A stretch of DNA of 64,000 nucleotides from an uncultured Pseudomonadota bacterium (GTDB lineage Bacteria; Pseudomonadota; Gammaproteobacteria; Burkholderiales; JALYOK01): contig CAVQPB010000004.1 of the NCBI GenBank assembly GCA_963714525.1, positions 39,722 through 103,721 on the forward strand. Reading direction: 5' to 3'. A model generated the notes under the pieces. It searched no databases. It saw only the letters and a program-made list of their open reading frames with translations, and was not told where the DNA came from. The translations under genes were made by a program, and so were the position numbers. Positions 20,045 to 30,037 of this stretch are shown in pieces (positions within the stretch are counted from its first letter, which is position 1; the number at the start of each line of letters is the position of its first letter).

Positions 20045-20395
20045 ATGGAGAGAAAACCGGACGACCCGCCGCTCGTTTACGACGCGCACATTTTTTGTTG
20101 TATTAACGAGCGGCCGCCCGGTCACCTAAGGGGATGCTGTGGCAGCAAGGGCGCTAGACGGCTTTGCGACTACATGTGCCGCCGGGCGATGGCCACCGGA
20201 CTGGGGCACAGAGTTCGAGCGAATTTAGCAGGATGTTTGAACCAGTGTGAGTTTGGTCCGACCATGGTGATCTATCCCGAAGGCGTTTGGTATACCTATA
20301 ACAATGAGGACGACATAGACGAAATATTAACGCGCCACGTGATCAGGGGTGAGCGCGTCGATAGGTTGCTGCTGCACCCTGATCAATCGAAGTAA
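20045..20395 (+). CDS. Thioredoxin-like [2Fe-2S] ferredoxin
   Basis: HIFCCINER...GCC...GCLNQC, GPTMVIYPEGVWY. Confidence 0.88.
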   Translation: MERKPDDPPLVYDAHIFCCINERPPGHLRGCCGSKGARRLCDYMCRRAMATGLGHRVRANLAGCLNQCEFGPTMVIYPEGVWYTYNNEDDIDEILTRHVIRGERVDRLLLHPDQSK

Positions 20396-20502
20396 GTAGG
20401 TCACGGTTTATCAAGATTCGTTCCTTTGGTGCGCCATCGGACAGGGATGGTTTTTGCTCGCATTTCAGCCGGTTCGCGAGCCGGACAAAGAGGAGTAGCC
20501 AT

Positions 20503-20947
20503 ATGTTATCGCTTAACACCGATCGATTTTGGACCATCATGTTCACAATTCCCTTGCCGCTGATGCTGAGTTCCGTCGCCGTCGGGCATAAGGCTGCAAT
20601 GGATCCTGAACCCAATGCCCATCGCGGCCCAGGTTGTGATAGCGCCGATGAAACTCGACGTGACTCATTTAAATCGCGGGGTTGCATCGACAATAGACGA
20701 TGCCGGAACAATTCTCAACCTTGCACCGGGACTTAGCGACCCTATACTTACTTCCGACGGCGAGGCGTTTTTCGCGGAGATCGATACCCAAGCTCAGCTA
20801 GGCAATAATCTCGCCATGCCGAGGCAAAAAACACTACGGCGCTGGATCAGCGGGTACCATGACGTCACGCGCATCCGTTCGAATAAATTCATCAGTTTCG
20901 ACAGCCCAAGCGCCACCCAACCCTTCACCAGCGATCGCATTCGGTAA
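20503..20947 (+). pseudogene. Frameshifted or degenerate exported-protein ORF whose N-terminus resembles the downstream TonB receptor leader
   Basis: AGGAG RBS. FWTIMFTIPLPLMLSS resembles IWAILFNIPLPLMLST at 21448 onward. Possibly continues in ORF 20615-20947. Confidence 0.4.
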
Positions 20948-21447
20948 ATCATCTAACCACCCGGTTGGTTCATTTCTCAGTGGTTCTAAACGCGGCCTGC
21001 ATCCGATGGCTAATGCCGCGAATCAGATACCCCTCTATTCCCACGCCGTATCCGACACTGACTTTGCGTTGTTGCTCGAGCCAAGGTGCGGCCCTGTGGC
21101 GGAATCCGTTTTAATCCCATCGAATAGTCGTCGGCAGCGGCAACGCTTCCGATCTTGTATTAAGCCCATGGTTGTAGCGCAGCGATCATAACGTTCATCG
21201 GAGCCTTGATGAATTCGAAGCGATGCTGCATGAGCGCGCCTCTTCAATGCTGCAGTGATCGGCCTGGGAGGCAATACTGGTGCGGCTTCCAGGCCATTGC
21301 CTAGACCATTGAATGCGCGCCCACGTACGAGACTGCTAGACGAAATACACGAGCGGAAACAGCCACGGGTTTTAGCGAAGTGCTAGCCGCTCGCAAGCTT
21401 AACCATGTAATCGGTGGATAAAACTCTTGTCATCTAAGGAGCAGGAA

Positions 21448-23619
21448 ATGCGCATGCTGGACAAAGATAAAATCTGGGCCATTTTATTTAACATACCTTT
21501 GCCGCTGATGCTAAGCACAACGGTGTTCGCACAGGACGCGGTCGTCGAGCTTGAACCCGTCATCGTCAGCGAACCTTATCCGCCGCCGGGATTGAACCTC
21601 GACACGGCATCTGAAACCGGCAGCCGGTTGGGAATTCCCATAGAGCAAACGCCGGCGAGCGTAGAGATTGTCGATCGGCCCCTGATCGAGTTGCGCACCA
21701 GTCGCACCGCGGCCGAGGCAGCGGAGGGGTCGACTGGCCTTACTTACGGCAATCCCCCGGGTGATCCATCGGTGTTTTCGTTTCGCGGTTTTACCGACAA
21801 CCAAATCACACAGCTCTACGACGGGATACGCATTGGCCCGGCAACCATGACCTCGCGGCCGTTCGATAGTTTTAATCTCGATCGCGTCGAGGTGTTAAAG
21901 GGGCCGTCGTCAATGCTCTATGGTGAAGGCGCGGTCGGCGGTGCGGTGAATTTTGTCAGCAAGCGCCCGGTGCGTGGCCAACGCGAAATCGAGGCGTTGG
22001 CCGGCTACGGCAGTTTTGATTCGTTGCGCCTCGGCATCGGCGGTGGTGGGTCAATCGGTGATAAGCTTCATTATCGAGTGGATCTGAGTCGAAACACGTC
22101 CGACACATTTATCGATCGCGCCGATTTCGAGTATCTGAATTTCACCAGTGCGTTGCTGTGGGACATCAGCGATCGCGTATCGCTGCAAGTGTCGTTCGAC
22201 GCATCGCGTGACCGGATCAGCCCTTACTGGGGTACGCCGCTGGTCACGCCGGAATTCGGTACCCAACCGATTGCCGGCATCATCGATGCGGACGATGGCC
22301 GCGTGGTCGACGAACGCCTGCGCGATAAGAACTACAACGTCGCTGATAACACCATGGAAAGTGATATCTATTGGGGCCGCGGCAAGCTGAACTGGAAATT
22401 GTCCGACGCGTGGACGTTGCGCAACGAACTCTATTATTTCGATGCGAAGCGAACTTGGCGAAATTCCGAAACCTATATTTTCAATAGCGCGACGGGTTTG
22501 ATCGACCGCGATCGATTCTTCGTTTTCCACGACCAGCAAATCATCGGCAATCGTTTTGAATTGAAGTCCGATGGCACGTGGTTCGGCCACGGTAATAATT
22601 TCCTGGTCGGGCTGGACGTGAATAATCTGGATTTTTTCCGCCCAAGTTTTTTTGCGTCGGGTGACAGCGTCGATCCCTTTAATCCCGAGCCGGGAAGCTT
22701 CGGTCCGCAGGCTGACGCCGTGCGCACGGCGAAGATTCGGACCTATGCTTTGTTCGCCGAAGATCAATTCAAGATCACCCCGAAATTGCAGCTAGCGGCG
22801 GGGTTGCGCGCCGAAACCGTAGAGCTTGAACGTAAGAATTTTGCAGCCGATGGTTCGGAACGCCCAGACGGTTTGAATCGCACCTACCGGCCGGTCACGG
22901 GCCGGCTCGGACTTATCTTCGAAGCTATGCCGGGCCTGAGTATTTACGGTCAAGTTAGCACTGCCGCCGATCTTCCCGGCGGTGGCAATATTTTGCTAGC
23001 CAGTGCGGGCGATGATTTTAATCTCACTAAAGGTCTGCAATACGAACTCGGTCTAAAGCAGCATTTCTGGCAAGGCAAGGGCGAGTGGACGGCAGCGTGG
23101 TTTGACATTACACGCAAAAATATTCTGACCCGTACCGGCGTCACGCCGGCGGGTGACGACATTTTAGAAAATGTCGGCAAACAGTCGTCCCACGGCCTGG
23201 AACTCGCGTTGAACTGGCAAATCAATCCCGCATTGCGAATCGCAGGCAACTACGCTTACATCCGAGCGCGCTTCGACGAATTCAATGACTTCGATGGCAA
23301 CACGCCGGCCAATGTCGCGAACCATGTTGCAAATATCGAAGGTTCGTATCGATTTGCGAAAGATATTCCACTGGAACTCGGCAGCAATATTCGCTACGTC
23401 GGAGAGCGTAATTCAAATAACGCCAATACCATTCGGCTGAAAGCTTATACAACCCTCGATGCATATGCCGCCTGGTTATTAAAGTACGGCCGGCTCACGC
23501 TGCGCGGCCGCAATCTCGCCGATAAAGATTACGTCGCGTGGGTGGATATCTTCTATCCGGATCAGGTATTGCTCGGCAGTCCGCGCAGTGTCGAACTGGT
23601 GTTCAGCGCGAAATTCTGA
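21448..23619 (+). CDS. TonB-dependent outer-membrane receptor (probably metal uptake)
   Basis: Signal peptide, plug (TPASVEIV, RGF, RVEVLKGPSSMLYG, GGAVN), C-terminal NLADKDY and terminal F. Confidence 0.92.
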   Translation: MRMLDKDKIWAILFNIPLPLMLSTTVFAQDAVVELEPVIVSEPYPPPGLNLDTASETGSRLGIPIEQTPASVEIVDRPLIELRTSRTAAEAAEGSTGLTYGNPPGDPSVFSFRGFTDNQITQLYDGIRIGPATMTSRPFDSFNLDRVEVLKGPSSMLYGEGAVGGAVNFVSKRPVRGQREIEALAGYGSFDSLRLGIGGGGSIGDKLHYRVDLSRNTSDTFIDRADFEYLNFTSALLWDISDRVSLQVSFDASRDRISPYWGTPLVTPEFGTQPIAGIIDADDGRVVDERLRDKNYNVADNTMESDIYWGRGKLNWKLSDAWTLRNELYYFDAKRTWRNSETYIFNSATGLIDRDRFFVFHDQQIIGNRFELKSDGTWFGHGNNFLVGLDVNNLDFFRPSFFASGDSVDPFNPEPGSFGPQADAVRTAKIRTYALFAEDQFKITPKLQLAAGLRAETVELERKNFAADGSERPDGLNRTYRPVTGRLGLIFEAMPGLSIYGQVSTAADLPGGGNILLASAGDDFNLTKGLQYELGLKQHFWQGKGEWTAAWFDITRKNILTRTGVTPAGDDILENVGKQSSHGLELALNWQINPALRIAGNYAYIRARFDEFNDFDGNTPANVANHVANIEGSYRFAKDIPLELGSNIRYVGERNSNNANTIRLKAYTTLDAYAAWLLKYGRLTLRGRNLADKDYVAWVDIFYPDQVLLGSPRSVELVFSAKF

Positions 23620-23624
23620 GGACG

Positions 23625-25112
23625 ATGCGTCGCGTTCTTCGGACCTTAGTTCTGATTCATCGCTATCTCGGGATTGCGATGTGCTTGTTGTTTGCAATGT
23701 GGTTCGCGACCGGCATCGTAATGCTATTCGTGCCCTATCCGGCATTGACGTCGGCAGAGCGATTCGCAGGAATGGAACCACTGAAGCTACACCGGTGTTG
23801 CGTAACGCCGGCCACGGCGTATGCAAAATCGGGATTGGCGGAACCCCCCGAGCACATGCGTCTGGTGACGGTGCTGGGCCGTCCGGTGTATCAATTACAG
23901 CCGTGGGATGGCGCCATTGTTTCGGTGTTCGCCGATACCGGCGAGCGGATGCCGCCGATGAATGCGCAACAGGCTACGAGTGTCGCGCGCTTGGCCAGCA
24001 ATGTCGATGGCGTCCGATATGTTGAGTTGAGCGATTACGATCAATGGACGGTGCCGAACGGCCTCGATGCCCAGCGCCCATTTCATCGGATCGCGCTCAA
24101 CGATGCGGCCGGCACGGAATGGTATGTGTCGCAACGCACCGGCGACGTAGTGCGCGATACGACGGCGTTCGAGCGACGCTGGAATTATGTTGGCTCAGTG
24201 ACTCATTGGATTTATCCCACGGCGCTGCGAAAAAACTGGGCCTTGTGGGATCGCGTGGTTTGGTATGGATCTTTAATCGGCATTGTCATGACGCTCAGCG
24301 GCATCGTGTTGGGGATTACACGATTGCGTTTTAGAACCCCATATCCATCGGAGCGGCGTAGTCCTTTTTCTGGCTGGATGTATTGGCACCATATCCTCGG
24401 TATCACCTGTGCGCTATTCATTCTGACTTGGATATTCAGCGGTTGGTTATCGATGGATCATGGCCGAATATTCACTAAGCCCGAGCCGAGCCGAGCCGAG
24501 CGTCAGCGCTTCATGGGCGGCGCATTCAACCCGGAACGGTTCGGTAGTCCATCATTAGCCATCGAAACGGCGGGTGCGAAGGAGATTGAATTCCGCCAAG
24601 TCGCCGGCGAGGGTTTTTATCGTGTTCGCATCGACGCGCAGCGCCAACAAGTGCGACCGGCGAATAATCGGGATGGGGTCGGGACTGAATTTGAAGCGTC
24701 TTTGCTAACACGCGGCGCGCAATCGGTGTTCGGTTCAATTCGAATTTTGGCGACGGATCGGCTTGACCGCAATGATGCCTATCACTATACAACCGATGCA
24801 TCTGCACCGCCCCCGATGCTGCGAATTCGCTTTGACGATCCGGCAAAGACTTGGCTGCACATCGATCCAGTTTCCGGCCAGATGGCCGAGAAAGTCGATA
24901 GCCGCCGCCGGCTCTATCGCTGGTTATACAACGGTCTGCACCGTTTCGATTTTCCATTTTTTGCCGCACGTCCGACGCTGCGGCAGGCTTGTATTGTGAC
25001 TTTATGTGCGCTCGGATTCGTGTTTAGTTTGACCGGTGCGGTTATCGGTTATCGGCGGCTGTTACGCGATTTATTTTTGTGGCATTCAGTTTTGCGAACA
25101 GCAGCACAATAA
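23625..25112 (+). CDS. PepSY-associated TM-helix membrane protein
   Basis: HRYLG, HWIY, WHHILG, RWLYNGLH His motifs. Follows the TonB receptor. Confidence 0.85.
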   Translation: MRRVLRTLVLIHRYLGIAMCLLFAMWFATGIVMLFVPYPALTSAERFAGMEPLKLHRCCVTPATAYAKSGLAEPPEHMRLVTVLGRPVYQLQPWDGAIVSVFADTGERMPPMNAQQATSVARLASNVDGVRYVELSDYDQWTVPNGLDAQRPFHRIALNDAAGTEWYVSQRTGDVVRDTTAFERRWNYVGSVTHWIYPTALRKNWALWDRVVWYGSLIGIVMTLSGIVLGITRLRFRTPYPSERRSPFSGWMYWHHILGITCALFILTWIFSGWLSMDHGRIFTKPEPSRAERQRFMGGAFNPERFGSPSLAIETAGAKEIEFRQVAGEGFYRVRIDAQRQQVRPANNRDGVGTEFEASLLTRGAQSVFGSIRILATDRLDRNDAYHYTTDASAPPPMLRIRFDDPAKTWLHIDPVSGQMAEKVDSRRRLYRWLYNGLHRFDFPFFAARPTLRQACIVTLCALGFVFSLTGAVIGYRRLLRDLFLWHSVLRTAAQ

Positions 25113-25305
25113 ATCGATGATCGGCCTATGAGCCAATACCAGTGCGGCGTTCGAAGGATGCCTTGCCAGGAACCTGTATCCATGCGCCTTCTGGAGCAAC
25201 CTTTTTCTGAATCTCGTTCGAGGCCGGCGGCGATATCGGCGGCATCTGGTATTGCAACTTCAGCGAGCTTTATCCTTCTTGGCAAGAAGTTCGCAAGTAC
25301 TTCCA

Positions 25306-25977
25306 CTAATTTGATCGCGGTTTAGTCTGCTTATCGAGAAAATCCACCTCACGAACCACCGTGCTCGGCTTGGCTTTGAATCCCAAAATCTCATTGGCAT
25401 TGATAATGGCAGTGGCGATCTCTTCAGTGGTCACGCGCTTACTCATGGCCTGATCGCGAATAATTTCATAGGCTTGATCTTCCGAGATGCCTCGAGTTTG
25501 CATGAGTATGCCCTTGGCCTTGGTGAGCCGGCGGATGCCGTTGAGCCGCTGCTCGAAGCGCTCGATTTGTTTCGCTTGTTCGCGTTCCTTGGCGGCGAGT
25601 TGCCGGGCGATCACCATCGAGGTTAACAGGCCAAAGGATTTCACCGGCGAGGCCAACACACCGTGGGCATTGACCCTGATAACCGCTTCGACGACGGTCG
25701 GATTTTCGTAGTTGACTACGACGATAAGCGGCGGCGTAGGTTCGGTTTTAAGCCACGAATAATCCTGATCGATCACTTCGGGACGAACGGCAAGGAATAC
25801 CAGATCGACCTCATCCGGAAGTTTATCCAGCGGCGGCCAAAAGGCTTTAACTTGACAGCCGATGCGCTGCAGTTGGCGAATGATTTCCTCGCCGTCGTGA
25901 TCGCTCGGGTGAAACACCATCACCCGCAACGAGCGCAAGTTGCGTAACAGTCGAGAGGTGCCGGACATGGGTTTCAT
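25306..25977 (-). CDS. amiR: ANTAR-domain antiterminator AmiR
   Basis: Pseudo-receiver (QLQRIGCQV, YENPT) plus ANTAR (KAKGILM, SEDQAYEIIRDQAMSKR). Paired with amiC. Confidence 0.9.
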   Translation of the reverse strand: MKPMSGTSRLLRNLRSLRVMVFHPSDHDGEEIIRQLQRIGCQVKAFWPPLDKLPDEVDLVFLAVRPEVIDQDYSWLKTEPTPPLIVVVNYENPTVVEAVIRVNAHGVLASPVKSFGLLTSMVIARQLAAKEREQAKQIERFEQRLNGIRRLTKAKGILMQTRGISEDQAYEIIRDQAMSKRVTTEEIATAIINANEILGFKAKPSTVVREVDFLDKQTKPRSN

Positions 25978-26007
25978 CGCTTAATTACCCTCGAAAAATT
26001 ACTGTAC

Positions 26008-27147
26008 TCACACCCGCGCCGACCAATCTTCCAAAGAATGCTCGACCAGGTAGGGATCCGGCTTCACCGGCTGCTTTGCTTCGTGCAGAATATCAAATTG
26101 GCCGTCATTGCGCACGCGGCCTATGCGCGGCGTCAGGTACGCATGGTGATTTTCCGCGTCGATTTTAACCATGCCCTGGGGCGCCATGAATTCCATGCCC
26201 AGCAACGCTGGGACCAATTGTTGAACATTATCTGTACCGGCAGCCGATAGACCGGCGGCGAGCAAATAGGTTTGAAAATACGCCGCTTCCCAGCACATAT
26301 TGGTGATGGTGTCGGAGCCGAAGCGTTGGCGAAGTTTAGTCACGCAACGTTGATTGGCATCGCTATCGATGGATTGAAAATAGGTGGCCGCGGTGATGTG
26401 GCCCGTGGCAACACCGGCGCCCATTTGTCGTACTTCGGTTTCCGAAGTCGTGAGGCTGGCGATCGGCATGGCTGCCGGGTCCAGCCCGATTTCGGCATAG
26501 GCGCGATAAAACGCGCCGGTCGCTTGGCCGACCACGGTTGAAAAGATAAAATCCGGCCGCTTGTTTTTAATGTCCTTCAGCACCTCTAAAAAATCTTCCG
26601 GGCCCGCGTTGAGCTTGAGGTAGCGCTCCCCGGTTTTTTCGCCGCCGCGCTCAAGTAACAGGTCGCTCATAATGCGATTCGATTCGTACGGATAGATGTA
26701 ATCCGAACCGACCATGTACACGCGCGAGCCAAACTCCCGCATCATGTATTCGGCGAGCTGCACGCTGTTTTGGTTGGGAGCGGCGCCGGTATAAATGACG
26801 TTGCGAGAATATTCGAAGCCTTCGTAGAGCGTGGGGTAAAACAGTAATCCGTTCCAGCGTTCCACCACCGGCAGCACCGCCTTGCGCTCGCTCGACATGT
26901 AGCACCCGAGGATGATGCGAACGCCATCGTCGACCATGAGCTTCTCGGCAAGTGTCTTATAGGTGCCCGGTGATGATCCGGGATCATAGTAGACCGGCTG
27001 TAATTCCCGTCCATCTACACCACCGGCGGCATTGATCTCGTCGAACGCGAGTAACGTTCCTTGCAGTTGAGACGATTCTATATCGGAGGTAACCCCGGTT
27101 TTTGAAAAGAGGATGCCCACTCGCAGCGGAGCATTATGTTTATTCAT
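26008..27147 (-). CDS. amiC: Amide sensor AmiC (cytoplasmic periplasmic-binding-protein fold)
   Basis: No signal peptide. GILFSKTGVT, GCYMSSERK, YPTLYEGFE, GAAPNQN, GSDYIYPYESN. Confidence 0.9.
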   Translation of the reverse strand: MNKHNAPLRVGILFSKTGVTSDIESSQLQGTLLAFDEINAAGGVDGRELQPVYYDPGSSPGTYKTLAEKLMVDDGVRIILGCYMSSERKAVLPVVERWNGLLFYPTLYEGFEYSRNVIYTGAAPNQNSVQLAEYMMREFGSRVYMVGSDYIYPYESNRIMSDLLLERGGEKTGERYLKLNAGPEDFLEVLKDIKNKRPDFIFSTVVGQATGAFYRAYAEIGLDPAAMPIASLTTSETEVRQMGAGVATGHITAATYFQSIDSDANQRCVTKLRQRFGSDTITNMCWEAAYFQTYLLAAGLSAAGTDNVQQLVPALLGMEFMAPQGMVKIDAENHHAYLTPRIGRVRNDGQFDILHEAKQPVKPDPYLVEHSLEDWSARV

Positions 27148-27376
27148 TCAAACCCTAATAGTCAACTACGCCGCGCGTAGTCAGCTTAGGACGGAGGGTG
27201 ACGCGGGTTCCGGGGAATTAAAAGTATACCCTTTGTGCAGATAGTTTGGGTAAAGCCTGCCATGAAATTTGTTCCAGTGTCGTTCTTGAATTTGAAGTGA
27301 TTTCTTGAATATCCCAGTGCTACACGCCGGTGCGGCCTAGACGAACTAGCACTAAGATAGTGCGTGCAAATACTGC

Positions 27377-27406
27377 TTGACTTGAGAGTTTCTCTCGCGG
27401 TAACGT
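27377..27406 (+). promoter_or_regulatory. Putative sigma70 promoter of the urt-amiE operon
   Basis: TTGACT-N18-TAACGT about 40 nt upstream of the ANTAR hairpins. Confidence 0.45.
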
Positions 27407-27446
27407 ACAGCTAGACTACGCGTCTATCGAGATTATGATTGTTCTT

Positions 27447-27487
27447 CGCCGCCAACGATGTCGGCGCAAGAAAACGGCACAGGAGCC
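27447..27487 (+). promoter_or_regulatory. ANTAR (AmiR) dual-hairpin RNA motif
   Basis: Hairpin 1 CGCCGcC-AACGAT-GtCGGCG and hairpin 2 GGC-ACAGGA-GCC. Both hexaloops have A1/G4, and hairpin 2 overlaps the terminator. Confidence 0.8.
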
Positions 27488-27521
27488 CACCGGCAACTTT
27501 AGTTGCAGGTGGGCTTTTTTT
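27484..27521 (+). terminator. Intrinsic terminator (attenuator) in the urt-amiE leader
   Basis: AGCCCACC-gGCAAC-TTTA-GTTGCa-GGTGGGCT followed by a T run. Confidence 0.85.
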
Positions 27522-27824
27522 ATTTGCTTGCGTCGGTTGGCATGACTCGTGCTTCGGGGAAATGGACGAATAGTTGAATGGTTTTATTTTAATTTTTTTC
27601 GGAGGCTCGACTGCTGCTAGTGCAATATTCCGTAACCATCAGAACATACAAAAATGAGTGATTTTTTCGTCTGGTGACGCGCAAGCAAGTCGTTCATCGA
27701 GCTATATATATCGATGAGCAGCGAGACCTCGCGGGAGAAGACGCATTTTAAATTTCGTCGATTGCGAACCACTAGATAGAGTCGGTTGCCGCTTCACTTT
27801 AACCAAGAATAGAGGAGCTTAGTC

Positions 27825-29009
27825 ATGAGTTTTGCCAACAGACGTGATTTCATTAAGGCCGGAACAGCGATAGGCGCGGCAGCGGCGGTAGGACCTTGGG
27901 TCGGCAACAATGCGTTCGCTCAGGATGTCGTGAAGGTCGGTATTTTGCACTCGTTAACGGGGACTATTGCGATTGCGGAAAAGTCCGTGGTTGACGCGGA
28001 GCAACTTGCAATTGAGGAAATCAACGCCGCAGGCGGCGTGATGGGCCGCAAGATACAAGCGGTGGTGGAAGATGGCGCGAGCGATTGGCCGACTTTCGCC
28101 GAAAAAGCGCGTAAGTTAATCGAAAAAGATAAAGTAGCCGCGGTGTTCGGTTGTTACACGTCAGCGTCACGTAAGGCGGTTCTGCCGGTGTTCGAAAAGC
28201 TCAAAGGCTTGCTCTACTATCCAACCTATTACGAGGGTTTAGAAGTCTCTCCCAATATCATGTACACCGCCCAGGAAGCGACCCAGTCGGTTATCGCGGC
28301 GATGGAATGGCTGTACAAGAACAAGGGCAAAACTTTCTACATGATCGGTTCCGATTACATCTGGCCGCGCACCACCATCAAGATCGCTAAGGCGACGTTG
28401 GCGCGCCTCGGCGGCAAGCTGGTCGGTGAGGATTACTATCCCCTGGGGCACATCGAGTTCTCTTCGGCGATTAACAAAATCAAAGGTTCTAAGCCGGAAG
28501 TGATTTTGAATTGTACGGTGGGTGGTAGCAACGTGGCGTTCTTCAAGCAATTGACCGCAGCGGGAATCAAAGGCGCCACACAGCCGATTCTGTCGCTGGC
28601 GGTGTCTGAGGAAGAAGTATCCGGTATCGGCGCGGAGAATACCGAGGGTTCACTAACTTGCATGGGTTACTTCCAAAGCCTGAAGAATCCGATGAACGAA
28701 AAGTTCGTCAAAGCATTCAAGGCGAAATATGGCGCCAATCGACCCACGGGCGATACATTGTCTTGCGGATACACCTCGGTCTACCTATGGAAGCTTGCCG
28801 CCGAGAAAGCAAAGAGTTTCGATGTCGATAAGGTCGTCGCGGCCTCGTCGGATCTGGAATTCGATGGACCGGAAGGCAAGATCAAATTTCATAAATCCAA
28901 TCATCACCTTTGGAAACACGCCCGCATTGGGACTTTCCGCAAGGACGGCCAAGTCGACATGATTTACGAATCCGCTTTGATCGAACCTAATCCGTTCCCG
29001 AAACTGTAG
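27825..29009 (+). CDS. urtA: Urea/short-chain amide ABC substrate-binding protein (UrtA/FmdD-like), Tat-exported
   Basis: NRRDFIK Tat motif, KVGILHSLTGTIAI, EDGASDWPTFAEKA, TSASRKAVLP. Confidence 0.88.
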   Translation: MSFANRRDFIKAGTAIGAAAAVGPWVGNNAFAQDVVKVGILHSLTGTIAIAEKSVVDAEQLAIEEINAAGGVMGRKIQAVVEDGASDWPTFAEKARKLIEKDKVAAVFGCYTSASRKAVLPVFEKLKGLLYYPTYYEGLEVSPNIMYTAQEATQSVIAAMEWLYKNKGKTFYMIGSDYIWPRTTIKIAKATLARLGGKLVGEDYYPLGHIEFSSAINKIKGSKPEVILNCTVGGSNVAFFKQLTAAGIKGATQPILSLAVSEEEVSGIGAENTEGSLTCMGYFQSLKNPMNEKFVKAFKAKYGANRPTGDTLSCGYTSVYLWKLAAEKAKSFDVDKVVAASSDLEFDGPEGKIKFHKSNHHLWKHARIGTFRKDGQVDMIYESALIEPNPFPKL

Positions 29010-29034
29010 TCGACCGGTGGCAGGGCATCGCTAA

Positions 29035-29058
29035 CGTAAGCCGCTCCGGCGGCTTACG
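29035..29058 (+). other. Perfect intercistronic hairpin after urtA (mRNA stabiliser or partial terminator)
   Basis: CGTAAGCCGC-TCCG-GCGGCTTACG. Confidence 0.55.
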
Positions 29059-29134
29059 GTTTATGTATTTGCTATCGGCATGGATATAAGAAGATCGAAG
29101 CTGAGGTTGAATCTAGAACAAGAAAGATGAACAA

Positions 29135-30037
29135 ATGAACTTCGATATGCTTGCGATGCAGGCCTTTACCGGCTTAAGCGTATTTACCGTTCTAATGTTG
29201 ATGGCGTTGGGGCTGGCGATCGTCTTCGGTCTGATGGGTGTAATCAACATGGCCCATGGCGAACTGATGGCGATGGGAGCCTACACGACCTATGGCGTCT
29301 CGTTACTGTTCGAATCCTACTTTCCCAACGCCATGGGTGTGTATTTTCTCATCGGCATCGTACTGGCATTTTTCGTCACCTTTGCCTTCGGCTATTTGAT
29401 GGAGCGAGGTCTGATAAGATTTTTGTATCAGCGCCCGCTTGACACCATGCTTGCGACCTGGGGTTTGAGCCTAATTCTGCAGCAAATCTATCGACAGTTT
29501 ATCAATCCCAGAGAAGTCGAAGTGCCAACCGTATGGTGGCTGCAAGGTACTTGGCAGGCGACCGATACTTTATCGTTTCCATTAAGCCGGATTTTCATTA
29601 TCGGGCTTGCGATCGTGACTTCTGTTTTGGTTTATTTACTATTGTTCAAAACCCGCTGGGGTCTGCGTATACGCGCCGTCACCCAAAATCGATCCATCAG
29701 CGGGGCGGTGGGTATCAACACCGAGCGGGTCGACGCCTTTACCTTTGCGTTGGGCTGTGGCTTGGCGGGCATTGCTGGTAGTTCGTTCACCATGCTGGCT
29801 TCGACCGGGCCCGTCACCGGTCAGGCTTATATCGTCGATACATTTATTGTAGTAGTGTTCGGCGGCGTCGAGAGCCTGCTGGGAACCATTGCCTCGGCTT
29901 TTATTATCGGCCAAATGCAATCCTGGTTTGAATTCTTTATGAGCGGATCGATGGCGCGGGCGAGCATTCTAGTGCTTGTGATAGTCGTGCTTTATTTCCG
30001 CCCCAATGGCCTGTTCGCGACTAAGGTTCGGCGCTGA
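29135..30037 (+). CDS. urtB: Urea/amide ABC permease
   Basis: GLAIVFGLMGVINMAHGE, LATWGLSL, VVVFGG. Confidence 0.88.
   Translation: MNFDMLAMQAFTGLSVFTVLMLMALGLAIVFGLMGVINMAHGELMAMGAYTTYGVSLLFESYFPNAMGVYFLIGIVLAFFVTFAFGYLMERGLIRFLYQRPLDTMLATWGLSLILQQIYRQFINPREVEVPTVWWLQGTWQATDTLSFPLSRIFIIGLAIVTSVLVYLLLFKTRWGLRIRAVTQNRSISGAVGINTERVDAFTFALGCGLAGIAGSSFTMLASTGPVTGQAYIVDTFIVVVFGGVESLLGTIASAFIIGQMQSWFEFFMSGSMARASILVLVIVVLYFRPNGLFATKVRR

Noticed and set aside
20950-21440. Cobalamin riboswitch upstream of the TonB receptor
   Set aside because: Only fragments such as AGCCACGGG were seen, with no convincing B12 box. An Rfam scan is needed.
25049-25306. 85-aa ORF coupled to the amiR stop codon
   Set aside because: No recognisable motif, and it overlaps the 3' end of the PepSY gene on the opposite strand.
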